From sequence record ON529853.1: a DNA stretch of 64,000 nucleotides. One strand, given 5' to 3'. Position numbers and translations under genes: made by a program. Below the pieces are notes generated by a model. It saw nothing but the letters and a program-made list of their open reading frames with translations, searched no databases and was not told the origin of the DNA. This document shows positions 23,849 to 33,430 of the stretch, piece by piece (the stretch's first letter is position 1; the number at the start of each line of letters is the position of its first letter).

Positions 23849-25891
23849 TTAATTCGTGAAGGAGAGCGCGGAGATCGCCTGGCCCTGGACCAGCTTGAAC
23901 CGCACGAGGATGAGATTGTCGGTCGCGTTCGTGGACGACTGCGTGCCGAAGGTAAGGGTGAAGGCGCCCGAGGCGCCCGTCATGACGCTGCCGGAGGCGC
24001 AGCCCGCGAGCGGGTCGCCGGCTTCGCCGGGAACGCCCGCGCCGTCGTAGGGCTTGAAGCCGTCCCACCAGCCGCCCGGCGCGTTGGGCTGCTGATCGGA
24101 GACGCCAGGCAGTTTGACCCAGCAGCCGGCGTAGGCTCCGGTGACGTTGATCTTGAAGGCCGAACGGGCGGCGCGGCGGAAGGCGAAGGTGGCGTATTGC
24201 GCGCCGTCGCGGCCGACCGACAGGTCCGGACCGACGGGCAGGTGGCCTTGAGCGTAGTTCGAGCGGTTGTGCGCCAGCACGCCGGCGACGACCGCCGCCT
24301 CGTGCGCGGGCAGGGCCGTCGCGGCGTCCCAGGAGCCGTGAGGAGCGGCAGGCGTGTCGCCGGCGGCCGTGGACACCCGCACCGCGTTGAGGCCGTTGGG
24401 CAGCGCCCCCAGGCCCGTCACGGGCACGTTCATTTCGTCGAGGCGCGCGCCTGCGGCGCCGCGCTTGATCAGGATGGTCGGTCCGCCCAGGTCGACCGTG
24501 GTCGCGCCGTTGACGTTGCGGGCCACGCCGCTGATCTTGCCGGACAGATGGCCCGAGCCATCGACCGTGATGGTCTGCGGGGTCACGGCCTGGGCCGTCA
24601 GGGTGTTGCGCGGCAGCGGCGCGTCGATCCCGATCGCGGGGACGTAGCTGAAGGTCTTGGTCGCGATCACCGGGCCGGTGAACTGGATCGGGTCGCCGCC
24701 GCCGTAGTAGGTCTCGCCCGCCAGATTGGCGATCGACATGGAGACCGTGAGGGTGGCGCCGTCGCCGTAATGGGGGACGCCCGAGGAATAGACCAGGGTT
24801 CCGGCCGACGCCTGCGTCACCGCGCCCGCGCTGATGGTCGGGCTGGCGGTCAGATCATCACGCATGAAGGTGACGATGTTCGTGGGGCCGGCTTCGGTGT
24901 GGTCGATCTGCGCCGCGTTCAGACCCTGCGGAACGGGGACGCCCGTCAGACGCACGTCGAACGACTTCCAGAAGCCCGGCGTCTCTACCGGGAAATCCTT
25001 CTGATCCGAGATCGTCAGGCCGCCGTAGGTGCCGTTGTCCGACACGCCGTCAAGCAAGCGCGAGGCGACCAGGGCGCCGTTCAGGTAGACTTCGAGTTGG
25101 CCGACATCGCCCGGACCGACATCGTTCAGGGCCGTCGTCTGGACGGCGGAGGCGGTGATGCGCGTGACCGCCGTGCCCGGCGTCAGGGTGGCGGTGGTGT
25201 TGTTGGTGTAGCCTTGGACCAGGCGCGCCTGGTTCCCCGCCGTGTTCGAAACGGCGATGGCCCCGTTCGGGAACATCGGCGGCTGCGACGGGATCAGCTT
25301 GCCCAGGACTTCGTTGAGGCGGTCGACGGCCTCGGAGACCGGGGTTTCGTTGACCAGGGGCACGGCGCCCGGCGTCCAGGAGCCGTCGCCGAACTCGACG
25401 ATGTCACCCAGGACGACATGGAAACCGTCCAGGTTGTCGATCTTGTCGGCGGCGTCTTGCAGGCGGACGTTGACCTTAGAGATCGCCGTGGCGACATCGG
25501 TGGTTTCGTCCAGATCGACGGCGCCGCTTCCCCACAGGCCTTCGCCGGTGTCGGGATCGACGCGATCGCCCAGCGGGATGTTGGTCCCGATGGGCGAGAA
25601 GTTCGCGAGGGCCAGGTTCAGGCGCTGGAGCGCCTCGGCCATGTTGTCGGTCGGTTCCAGCACCACCAGACCGCCGGTCCAGTCGGTGCGGTCGCCCAGG
25701 TAGATTTGATCCGCGTCGCGCGCCTCGGCGACGACGACGCTGACCGAACCGTCAGCCCCATACTCGCCCGCGAACAGAAGGCCGCAGGTGTAACCCTCGT
25801 CTTCCGGCGGGGTCTTGGCGAAGAGGGGGAACGCCCGGTGGGTTTCGACGTCGACTGCGACATCGCCCGTGACGTCGACGAGCAGAGCCAT
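23849..25891 (-). CDS. Large virion fibre/filament protein, paralog of C-terminus of 21665-23836
   Basis: Shared GDGSWTPGAVPL...VSEAVDRLNEVLGKL and FGTQSSTNAT...LSFTN. Confidence 0.8.
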   Translation of the reverse strand: MALLVDVTGDVAVDVETHRAFPLFAKTPPEDEGYTCGLLFAGEYGADGSVSVVVAEARDADQIYLGDRTDWTGGLVVLEPTDNMAEALQRLNLALANFSPIGTNIPLGDRVDPDTGEGLWGSGAVDLDETTDVATAISKVNVRLQDAADKIDNLDGFHVVLGDIVEFGDGSWTPGAVPLVNETPVSEAVDRLNEVLGKLIPSQPPMFPNGAIAVSNTAGNQARLVQGYTNNTTATLTPGTAVTRITASAVQTTALNDVGPGDVGQLEVYLNGALVASRLLDGVSDNGTYGGLTISDQKDFPVETPGFWKSFDVRLTGVPVPQGLNAAQIDHTEAGPTNIVTFMRDDLTASPTISAGAVTQASAGTLVYSSGVPHYGDGATLTVSMSIANLAGETYYGGGDPIQFTGPVIATKTFSYVPAIGIDAPLPRNTLTAQAVTPQTITVDGSGHLSGKISGVARNVNGATTVDLGGPTILIKRGAAGARLDEMNVPVTGLGALPNGLNAVRVSTAAGDTPAAPHGSWDAATALPAHEAAVVAGVLAHNRSNYAQGHLPVGPDLSVGRDGAQYATFAFRRAARSAFKINVTGAYAGCWVKLPGVSDQQPNAPGGWWDGFKPYDGAGVPGEAGDPLAGCASGSVMTGASGAFTLTFGTQSSTNATDNLILVRFKLVQGQAISALSFTN

Positions 25892-25892
25892 A

Positions 25893-26264
25893 TTAGCGGA
25901 GACGGACCTGGATGTGGTCCTGCGGGATGATGATCCCTTGACCGGATTCGGTGGCCCGCGAAGTGCGCAGGCGGCCGTAGAGGACCATGTCCCCTTCGGC
26001 GTCGAAGATAGCGAAGTAGTTGACCTGGACCCAGTCGTTGATCGCCGGACCGAAGGCCAGCGGTCCAACCGAAGTCAGGTTGGTGATGCCGGCGGCGACG
26101 GTCTTGGCGAGCGTGATCGGCTGGCGAGCGTAACCGAGGTCCGCCGCCGGTTCGACGATCAGCGTGCCGTCAGGCTCGGGTGCAGACGCGAGCAGGCCCA
26201 GGGTGAGATCATCACCCCAGGCCGCGATGATCGCGTCGTGAGTCTTATACGACAGGTTGGGCAC
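25893..26264 (-). CDS. Small virion structural protein
   Basis: GYARQPIT...FAIFDAEGDMVLYG fibre-connector-like pattern. Confidence 0.7.
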   Translation of the reverse strand: MPNLSYKTHDAIIAAWGDDLTLGLLASAPEPDGTLIVEPAADLGYARQPITLAKTVAAGITNLTSVGPLAFGPAINDWVQVNYFAIFDAEGDMVLYGRLRTSRATESGQGIIIPQDHIQVRLR

Positions 26265-26275
26265 GGTGGAGGGCC

Positions 26276-26824
26276 TTACTTGACCTTGCGACCGCGACGG
26301 GGGGTCTTGGCGACGGTGGTCGTGTCGGCGGCGTCTTCGACAGCCGGGACGTCGATGGCGTCTTCATCGTCCAGGTCGGAGGCGTCTTCCGCCGGGGCGG
26401 CGGAGAAGTCCTTGACGGCGGGCTCCGGCAGATGCGCGGCGGCGGCGGCCGCTGCGGCGGCCTTGGCCTGCACCTCAGCCTGAGCGACCAGCGCGGCTTG
26501 AGCGGCGGCGGCTTCCAGGGCTTGTTGCTGGGCGATCGCTGCGGCCATGGCGGCTTGCTGCTGTTGCAGGGCCTGGGCGGCCTGGGACGCGGCCGGCGAC
26601 TGACCATTCTCGTCCTTGCCGGTGGCGCGGTCGAGCACGCGCTGCGAGGGCGCGGGGCCTTCCGGCGGGGTCACGGTGGCGAAGGGGGCGTAGGCGGCGG
26701 GGTTCGCCGGCACGAAGCGCGACCAGGTGTAACCGGCGCCCACGACGAGGTCACGCGCGTTGGGGCGGGTGTGCTTCTCGGGGTTGCCGTTGGGGTCGTA
26801 GATGATGACGGTGTTGTCGGCCAT
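26276..26824 (-). CDS. Hypothetical protein with Ala/Gln-rich helix
   Basis: Start MADNTV; biased codon use. Confidence 0.75.
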   Translation of the reverse strand: MADNTVIIYDPNGNPEKHTRPNARDLVVGAGYTWSRFVPANPAAYAPFATVTPPEGPAPSQRVLDRATGKDENGQSPAASQAAQALQQQQAAMAAAIAQQQALEAAAAQAALVAQAEVQAKAAAAAAAAAHLPEPAVKDFSAAPAEDASDLDDEDAIDVPAVEDAADTTTVAKTPRRGRKVK

Positions 26825-27037
26825 GTGCGGCGTAAATCCTGCGTATCGGGTAGATGCGAAAAAGGGCGCAGTCGAGCCGCGCGAGACTAGGCTTTCTGGC
26901 ATGAATCCTGCTCAAAGTCAAGATTTCCAGCACTGAGCGCCAGGAATCACGGCAATGGGAGTCCCCTTCGTCGCGACGCCGGCTCGATCCACATATCCAC
27001 AACAGCGACGCTTCTGTGGATAAGTCAGGATTCCTGA

Positions 27038-27066
27038 TTGACGGCTCAGGGCGACCCCGCTAAATC
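27038..27066 (+). promoter_or_regulatory. Caulobacter sigma73-consensus promoter
   Basis: TTGACG-N15-GCTAAATC (17-nt spacer to TAAATC). Confidence 0.85.
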
Positions 27067-27071
27067 CCTAA

Positions 27072-27585
27072 TCGTCGCTTCGGAAACGGAGCGGCCGGCA
27101 ACCGGGCCTCGGCCCGACTAGCCGGGCTCTGAAGGGTATGCAGTCCTGGACTGATCCTGACAGAGTTGAAGCCGGACGCCGGGGTGACCCGGTCCATCCG
27201 CCGAGACATGGTATCTCAAGGCTGCCGCAGCCCAAGAGACCGATCCTCGGGCCGCCAAAGGTCGTAAGACTGATGGTCAGGCGCATCAGCCGGTCGGCGC
27301 AGCGATGTGACGATGGGTCCTAAGGCGCCACGGACTTCGCACCCTCGGGTGCGGGAGCCAAGGCGTAGAGATGCAGTTCAGGGCCTTCGGGCTGTGGTTC
27401 TGTAGGTCAAGTCCAGCCACGGCGACGTGGGCGGCCCGCTGACCCCACCTTCTTCGGGGAAACCTGATGCCCTGGTGGACTCTCCCGCCCCTCGCTGTAA
27501 TGGCGCAGGACGGGCGCGACGTCGAACCAGAACCAGATTGTCGGGAAGGCCCGCCTCGTATCTCCGGATGCAGGCGGGCCTTTTG
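27072..27585 (+). ncRNA. Large structured non-coding RNA (~510 nt), family unassigned
   Basis: Own promoter and terminator; 5'/3' closing helix; more than ten hairpins with GNRA/UUCG loops; no credible ORF. Confidence 0.75.
27546..27585 (+). terminator. Intrinsic terminator of the ncRNA
   Basis: AAGGCCCGCCT...AGGCGGGCCTT then TTGCGTTT. Confidence 0.85.
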
Positions 27586-27589
27586 CGTT

Positions 27590-28021
27590 TCAGCCCTCAG
27601 GCGCCGCAGCGATCACCAGGGTGTAGGGGTACTGGACGGTGGTCACCCCGATCTGCACGCCCACCATGATAGTGATGGCGGTCTCGGCGAGTTCGACCAT
27701 AAACCCCGTCCCCACAATATAGGCGAAGCCTTCCTCATCCACGATGATGCGGCCGTCCTCGGTGAGGAACATGAAGCGTCCGCCGGCGTCGTCGATCAGG
27801 CTATAGTTGGCCCAGGGCTGATCCACCTTGACCATGGCGACGCCGTGCGCGGCGGACGTCTTGTCGACCAGGGGATGCAGGGGGTGAATCTCATAGCCGG
27901 TGATGGACGGCGCGAGGCCGAAGCCTACGCTGGCGCCGCGCACGTTGCGCTGGCTCTGCGGGGTCGTGGCGTGGTGATGGCGCGCGAGCGCCTGGAGGTC
28001 GATTTGGTAGGTGTGGGCCAC
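27590..28021 (-). CDS. Hypothetical protein
   Basis: Clean ORF downstream of capsid genes. Confidence 0.7.
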   Translation of the reverse strand: MAHTYQIDLQALARHHHATTPQSQRNVRGASVGFGLAPSITGYEIHPLHPLVDKTSAAHGVAMVKVDQPWANYSLIDDAGGRFMFLTEDGRIIVDEEGFAYIVGTGFMVELAETAITIMVGVQIGVTTVQYPYTLVIAAAPEG

Positions 28022-28179
28022 GGAATGTCCTGAGAGAATCTCGAAAGGGGTGATCGGCCGCTACCCGATCCGACGCCGTTCGACCCTATGTCCTGGCCGG
28101 CGTCCGCGCTGCGCGGTCCCACAGGCCTGGCGGCCTGACTCATATTTACCCAGCGCAGGGTGTAGATGCGCTGCAAAAG

Positions 28180-28210
28180 AAAAGGGCCGCCCCTTGCGGA
28201 GCGGCCCAGT
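28180..28210 (-). terminator. Terminator of capsid transcript
   Basis: GGGCCGC hairpin followed by TTTTCTTTT on the minus strand. Confidence 0.8.
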
Positions 28211-28235
28211 CTTTACCCGAAGGCGAAGGCCTGGA

Positions 28236-28661
28236 TTAGGCCTTCGAGTTCGGTCCGGCGAACGCGTAGTACGAAACCGTACCGCTCGCTTCGACTTCCG
28301 CGTAAACGCGGATGCCAGCGGCGTCGGCGTCAGCCGCAGCCAGGGTGGCGGGGTCGAACTTCAGCACGAAGGTCTTGCCGGCGACGGCAGTGACCGTGCC
28401 ACCGGGGGCGTCGACCGGGTTGGCGCCAGCGGCGTCAACGGTCTGGACCTTGATGGTGGCGTCCGTGGCCGCGTCGACGACGATGACGACGTCGAACGGC
28501 GTTTGGCCGTACAGGTTCTTCAGGTCGCCGCGACCAGCGGTCAGGCGGTGAAGGTCGACCACGAGGCCGCCGGCGGCCGAGGCCGTGACAGCGGTAGCGC
28601 GATCATCGATCGAACGGAGCGCCAGAAGGGCGTCATAACCGTGCTTGATCTTGGAGTTCAT
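28236..28661 (-). CDS. Minor capsid/decoration protein
   Basis: Follows the major capsid gene; strong codon bias; phiCbK-like synteny. Confidence 0.75.
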   Translation of the reverse strand: MNSKIKHGYDALLALRSIDDRATAVTASAAGGLVVDLHRLTAGRGDLKNLYGQTPFDVVIVVDAATDATIKVQTVDAAGANPVDAPGGTVTAVAGKTFVLKFDPATLAAADADAAGIRVYAEVEASGTVSYYAFAGPNSKA

Positions 28662-28739
28662 CTTGAAATGTCCGTTTCGAAGAAGGTTTGTAGAGAGAAA
28701 GCCGGGGTGGCCGAAGCCACCCCTTAGCCATCATCGCCC

Positions 28740-29675
28740 TTAGGCGACGACGGCAGCCTTCTTGATGCCCCAGACGCGAGCGGCGGCGCGGCCCGACAGC
28801 ACCGCGAGGCTGATCAGCCACTCGATGCGGGTACGGTAGACGGGCTTGTCGTTGACTTGGCCGAGGTCGTCGACTTCCATCACGCCGTTTTGCAGGCCCA
28901 TGACGCCCGAGTCGCCGATGTTCACGACGTAGATCGAGGTGCCGACAGCGGCGCCGCCACCGGGGTTCGCTTCATTGAAGTCGATGACCTGGGTGTTGGT
29001 GTCGTCGTAGTCGGTGGTCAGGATGGGCAGGTCGTTGTAGAACGCGATGCGCTCGCCGAACTCGTTCTTGTCCCAGGTGATGAAGCCGGCAACCGACGTC
29101 TGACGCGAAGCGGCCGACAGCAGGTTACGCATGCGCTTCGACATGATCAGGTGCGTGGCACCGTCAACGGCGTCGATGGCTTCGTCCAGGACTTGCAGCG
29201 ACAGAGCGTCGCCGCCCGACGAGGCGCCGGCCGGGATCAGTTGGTCGCCGACGATGCGCTTGCGCAGGCCGTCGAATTCACGCGGATCGGCTTCCGAGTC
29301 GCCGGTGATGATCTTGCCAGCCAGGAAGAGCGAGAGGGCCTTGACCTTCATCTTCTCCTGCATGGTGCGGATGTTCGCGCCATGGGTCTTGATCAGGGCC
29401 TTGTCGACGTCCAGGTCGCCGCCAACAATCTTCAGGACTTCGACCTGCGAGTTGATGACGCCGACGCCGTTGCCGTAAGCTTCGTTGAAGCCACGGAACG
29501 CAACGCCCGGCAGTTGGCCTTCTTGGGTGTAGGTGTACGAGCCACCCGGAACATCCATGAACGGCAGGACCTTCAGGAGGTCCGGATAGGCGAAGAGTTC
29601 GATGATCGCCGAACGCTTGACCTCGTCGTTGCCCATCGCCAGATCGGCGGCTTCGAGCAGAGTGAGAGCAGCCAT
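28740..29675 (-). CDS. Major capsid protein
   Basis: LPGVAFRGFNE, GGDLDVDKAL, EFDGLRKRI, YRTRIEW motifs of phiCbK-type capsid proteins; extreme codon bias. Confidence 0.92.
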   Translation of the reverse strand: MAALTLLEAADLAMGNDEVKRSAIIELFAYPDLLKVLPFMDVPGGSYTYTQEGQLPGVAFRGFNEAYGNGVGVINSQVEVLKIVGGDLDVDKALIKTHGANIRTMQEKMKVKALSLFLAGKIITGDSEADPREFDGLRKRIVGDQLIPAGASSGGDALSLQVLDEAIDAVDGATHLIMSKRMRNLLSAASRQTSVAGFITWDKNEFGERIAFYNDLPILTTDYDDTNTQVIDFNEANPGGGAAVGTSIYVVNIGDSGVMGLQNGVMEVDDLGQVNDKPVYRTRIEWLISLAVLSGRAAARVWGIKKAAVVA

Positions 29676-29996
29676 GCTACTGTATCCTCAGAGTTTTTAA
29701 TGGTGGTCGCAATTGAGGAGGCGGCCCCCGCCTCGGGCTCCCCCTCGGACCGACCACCGGCACCCGAGGGAATGAGTGAGGAGTCATGTTTCCCAGGGAA
29801 ACGTGACTCCGTTCTTGTTTCGCGGATCGCCATGCGGGCGCTCGACGCGGAAAGTAGGTTGCCCATTCGGGCGAAATCTGTGCCGGCAGTTAACGAGGGC
29901 CGGCGGCTCGGCGGGCTGATTAAGGAGAGCCCGCAGTCTCCGATCGACGGTGCCGCCGATCACCTCTTGGCGGAGAGGAAGCCGTGGGAGGCGTCT

Positions 29997-30788
29997 TTAC
30001 AGACGCGCACCCTTGTCGCCGTTCGCCAGGGCCAGCTTGTCGTTGGCCGACATGCCGCGCATCTCAGCGGTCGTCTTGCCGAGCGGACCGCGCTGGTCGC
30101 TTGCGCCACCACCGCCGGCGCCGCCGCCGTGCGTACCCTTGAACATGTGCGGGGCTTCGTCCTTCAGCTTCATGATCCACTCCTTGGGCGTCAGCGGCGA
30201 GCCGCCGTCAGCACCGTACAGTTGCAGATCGCCTTGGAACGCCAGCACACGGCCGTCGTCTTGGGCGCGCCACACATCGGCTGCGCGGGACAGGATGTCG
30301 CGAACCGCCGAGGGCTGGACACCGAGTTCCGGGTCGATGATGGCGTCCTTGATCGCAGTCGACACCAGCGTGCGCTTGTGCGTGCTCTCAATCTCGCCGG
30401 CCTTGGTCTTCCAGAGCGCGCCTTCCTTCTGGGCGGCGCGAATCTGATCCTCCAGGACCTTCTTCATGTCTTCAGTACGACGGATCACTTCTTCTTCGAT
30501 CCGGCGACTGTCGGTCAGTTGACCGTCTTTGACTCGCTGCGAGGTCGCCCGCAGTTCGGTCAGTTCGTTGGTGAAGGCGGTGGGGTCGTCGCCGACGATC
30601 GGCGCCAGGACCTCAACGGCCTTCTTGAGTTCGTCGCGCTCCTTGACGAGCGAGATGTTCGTTTCGCGGAACTCGTCCATCTTGTCCTGGGGGACCAGAT
30701 TGATTTGAACCTTGTCGCCTTCAGCCTTGGCGTAGGTGCGCAGGGCGTCCGGAATTTGATCGAGCGAGTCGAACGTAAAAATGGGCAT
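29997..30788 (-). CDS. Scaffolding protein
   Basis: Coiled coil; PHMFKGTHGGGAGGG; C-terminal MSANDKLALAN; upstream of capsid gene. Confidence 0.8.
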   Translation of the reverse strand: MPIFTFDSLDQIPDALRTYAKAEGDKVQINLVPQDKMDEFRETNISLVKERDELKKAVEVLAPIVGDDPTAFTNELTELRATSQRVKDGQLTDSRRIEEEVIRRTEDMKKVLEDQIRAAQKEGALWKTKAGEIESTHKRTLVSTAIKDAIIDPELGVQPSAVRDILSRAADVWRAQDDGRVLAFQGDLQLYGADGGSPLTPKEWIMKLKDEAPHMFKGTHGGGAGGGGASDQRGPLGKTTAEMRGMSANDKLALANGDKGARL

Positions 30789-30903
30789 AAGTGGATGTGT
30801 CTCTTGGACCCTGGACCCCAGGGCATGGCGCTACGACCCGTGCGTCGCGAGATGATGTTGCGGACGACGCCTCGGGAGCGCAGTCCTATTCGGGATGACG
30901 CGG

Positions 30904-30932
30904 ACCCTAACAAAAAAGATCGCCATTGTCAA
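30904..30932 (-). promoter_or_regulatory. Promoter of scaffold/capsid operon
   Basis: TTGACA-N17-TAGGGT. Confidence 0.7.
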
Positions 30933-31006
30933 GATTCTCAGCAAATAACGCTTGCAATCCTGACAATGGCGATCTAAAGATGGGGGTTTGCCGGAAGTTC
31001 GGGTCG

Positions 31007-31579
31007 TTATCCGACGATAGGTTGCTTCAGAGTCTTGACAGGTTTGCGGTTCTTGCGGTCAATAACGAAACCGTACCGCGCCATGTCAGACTTGGACTTC
31101 GCCTTGTGGCACGGGTCCTTGCACAAGATTTGGACGTTCTCCGGCTCCCAAAATGACCAATCCCCAAACGCCAAAAACAAGGGAATGACGTGGTCGGCCT
31201 CCCAAGCATCAGACAAGAAGCGCCAGACAACTCCGCAGGAGGCGCACTCACCTTTGTCGCGCAAGAAGACGTGCTGGCGCATGACTGAAGGATCGGATCG
31301 AAGCAAGTAATTTCCGACGCAACGCTGCGAACACCAGGATCGGCGCAGGTTGATCGTTCCGTCTTTCTTCAGAATCCGCACGCCGCACCACCGGCAATGG
31401 CCCGGCGGCGGTCGGTTGATCTTCGAGGGATGGGTGCGGTGGTTGTAGGACACAGGCAGTTTCGATCCGCGCGGCTTCTTGGCGCGGCGCGGCCGACGCG
31501 TCGTTGCGCGGCGGCGGGTTACGGTGCGGGCGGTGGTCGACTTGGGAGGCGAGGCGCGCCGCTTGGGGCGGCGGGCCAT
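31007..31579 (-). CDS. HNH endonuclease (start could be GTG at 31453)
   Basis: CRWCG, CASCG, EADHVIPL...ENVQILC..CHKAKS. Confidence 0.85.
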   Translation of the reverse strand: MARRPKRRASPPKSTTARTVTRRRATTRRPRRAKKPRGSKLPVSYNHRTHPSKINRPPPGHCRWCGVRILKKDGTINLRRSWCSQRCVGNYLLRSDPSVMRQHVFLRDKGECASCGVVWRFLSDAWEADHVIPLFLAFGDWSFWEPENVQILCKDPCHKAKSKSDMARYGFVIDRKNRKPVKTLKQPIVG

Positions 31580-31612
31580 CAGGCGACCTGCGCGCGATGC
31601 TTGGGGTCGGCG

Positions 31613-32065
31613 TCAGTCATCAGTGAAGAGGTAACGCAGCGCCATCGCGTCCCAGTAGGCGTTGTGCTGGACGGCGCCCTCCAGCGTGGTCGGATAGGCC
31701 TGGGCGCGGATCATCTCGAAGGTGAGGTGGCGCTTGGAGATCATCTCACCCGGACCGGTCATCAGGGCGCGGCAGAAGTAGGCGATGTCGTCGGGCCAGT
31801 CCGAGATGATGTGCGGCCGCTCGTCGCCCAGCAGGAAGGCGGCGATGGTGCGGGCGGCGTTGCCCGGCGTCAGGCGATCCCAGACGGTCTGGGTCGCGGG
31901 GACGGCGCCCATCAGCGGCTTGACGTTCTCTTCCACCCAGGGCGTGCAGGGCTGATAGGCCCGGTCCATGATGATGTAGAGGGCGCGGCCGTCCTGGCGC
32001 ACCAGGGCCAGGCTCAAAAGGTCGCCGCCGAAGCCGTCGAACTCGCAGTCGAGGTAGTAGTTCAC
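31613..32065 (-). CDS. DEDDh 3'-5' exoribonuclease-like protein
   Basis: YYLDCEF...LSLALV...HNAYWDA. Confidence 0.8.
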   Translation of the reverse strand: MNYYLDCEFDGFGGDLLSLALVRQDGRALYIIMDRAYQPCTPWVEENVKPLMGAVPATQTVWDRLTPGNAARTIAAFLLGDERPHIISDWPDDIAYFCRALMTGPGEMISKRHLTFEMIRAQAYPTTLEGAVQHNAYWDAMALRYLFTDD

Positions 32066-32307
32066 AGGATGTAAATCCGATCTATACGCCCAGGAGCGAG
32101 CAGGGCCGGCAGCATGCCCAGCCAGCGCGAATAGCCGTCGCGGGCGCCTTGGGTCTTCAGGCGGTGGTCCGGCGGCGGAACCACCAGGATGGTGTCGAAC
32201 CGCTCGACGGTGTAGGCCCCCACGACGTAGACCTTGACGTCGCCGCCCAGGGCCGGCGCCATCCGATCGGCCAGACCCGCGTTCCAGTGAAACAGCGCCG
32301 TCGTCAT
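32062..32307 (-). CDS. Hypothetical protein
   Basis: Coupled ORF. Confidence 0.65.
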   Translation of the reverse strand: MTTALFHWNAGLADRMAPALGGDVKVYVVGAYTVERFDTILVVPPPDHRLKTQGARDGYSRWLGMLPALLAPGRIDRIYIL

Positions 32308-32576
32308 GTCAGCTTTCCCTTCAGCGCCGCCAGGTGGGCCAGGTTGTCGTGGTGGATGCGCATCGCATCGAGCAGCGCTTCGTAGGCCGAGACGGCGTGC
32401 AGCCGCAGGTTCTCCAGGTCCGTGCCGCTGCGCCGGCCCTTGGCGGGCGCTTCGGTCATGGCGCTGTTGTAGGCGTTGTGGGCCAGGGCCTGTTCACGGT
32501 GAACGATCGTGATCTGCGCCAGCGAAATCTTGGCCTGCTGGATCGCCTCGCGCAGCTTGTCCTTGCGGGTGCTCAC
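32304..32576 (-). CDS. Hypothetical protein
   Basis: GTGA overlap. Confidence 0.65.
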   Translation of the reverse strand: MSTRKDKLREAIQQAKISLAQITIVHREQALAHNAYNSAMTEAPAKGRRSGTDLENLRLHAVSAYEALLDAMRIHHDNLAHLAALKGKLT

Positions 32577-33010
32577 AGGCGAGTGTCCTCGGCGGCGCCG
32601 TCGATCCCGACCCACTCGACGAAACGGACCTCATGCGGGTACGCATCGGAAGGGTCGCGCGGCCCGAACATCGTCTCCAGGTCCCCCAGCGACCAGGGTC
32701 CGGTCGGGTTGGCGCGCAGGATGGCGTCGATCTCTTCGGTCACGGCGTAGCCCAGCCGTTCGACCACCGTGCGCAAGGTCAGCGCCTCGGCGTCGGCCTC
32801 GAACACTTCGGCCAGCAGCGCGTCGCTGAAGCGGGCGGTTACGGCGGCAGGGGTGCTGTGAAGCACGGGCGACGCCGCCATCTCGGCCGTCAGGTGAACC
32901 GTTCCAGGCTCGGTGCGCACCAGGGCGTCGTAGAGGTCCGGGTCCGACAGATAGAGGGCGCGTTCGTCACGCTCGGCGGCGATCTCGCCCAGGGTCTTGT
33001 CAGCCGACAT
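32573..33010 (-). CDS. Hypothetical protein
   Basis: Start MSADKT. Confidence 0.65.
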   Translation of the reverse strand: MSADKTLGEIAAERDERALYLSDPDLYDALVRTEPGTVHLTAEMAASPVLHSTPAAVTARFSDALLAEVFEADAEALTLRTVVERLGYAVTEEIDAILRANPTGPWSLGDLETMFGPRDPSDAYPHEVRFVEWVGIDGAAEDTRL

Positions 33011-33425
33011 GGCGGTGCTCTTCTTCAGCTTCAGCTTCTTGCTCAGCCTTGGGGCCGAGGGAGGCGCGGACCTGCTCGATCCAGGCGCGGTTGTCTTCGG
33101 CCGACGCGGCGCGCGGCGGCAGGTGGGGTCGAAAGCCGACGACTTCATTGGAGCCGGGCGCGTAGACGATCTCGACCGCCTCCGCATGAGCGATGTCGCT
33201 CTCCAGTTCCTCGGCCGGACCGGCGATCTCCAGGATCGCCAACGCCAGCCGACGCGCCAGGCGGCGGTCGAACAGCATCGTGTTCTGCCCGGTCACGATC
33301 TCCACGCAACGGCCGTCGGGGTTGCCGATCGTGCGGAAGACATAGTGAAACCGGGGGTCCATCGCCTCGGTGCAGCGCCAGACCATGAGACCGGCCTGGA
33401 TGGTCACGCTGAAGTCGTCGACCAA
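33000..33425 (-). CDS. Hypothetical protein
   Basis: ORF in operon. Confidence 0.6.
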   Translation of the reverse strand: MVDDFSVTIQAGLMVWRCTEAMDPRFHYVFRTIGNPDGRCVEIVTGQNTMLFDRRLARRLALAILEIAGPAEELESDIAHAEAVEIVYAPGSNEVVGFRPHLPPRAASAEDNRAWIEQVRASLGPKAEQEAEAEEEHRHVG

Positions 33426-33430
33426 CGACG

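Noticed and set aside
16045-25930. Very long plus-strand ORFs (1057 aa, 1596 aa) and similar ones
   Set aside because: Shadow frames from GC3 bias of the real minus-strand genes; Arg/Ala/Gly-rich, no RBS or motifs
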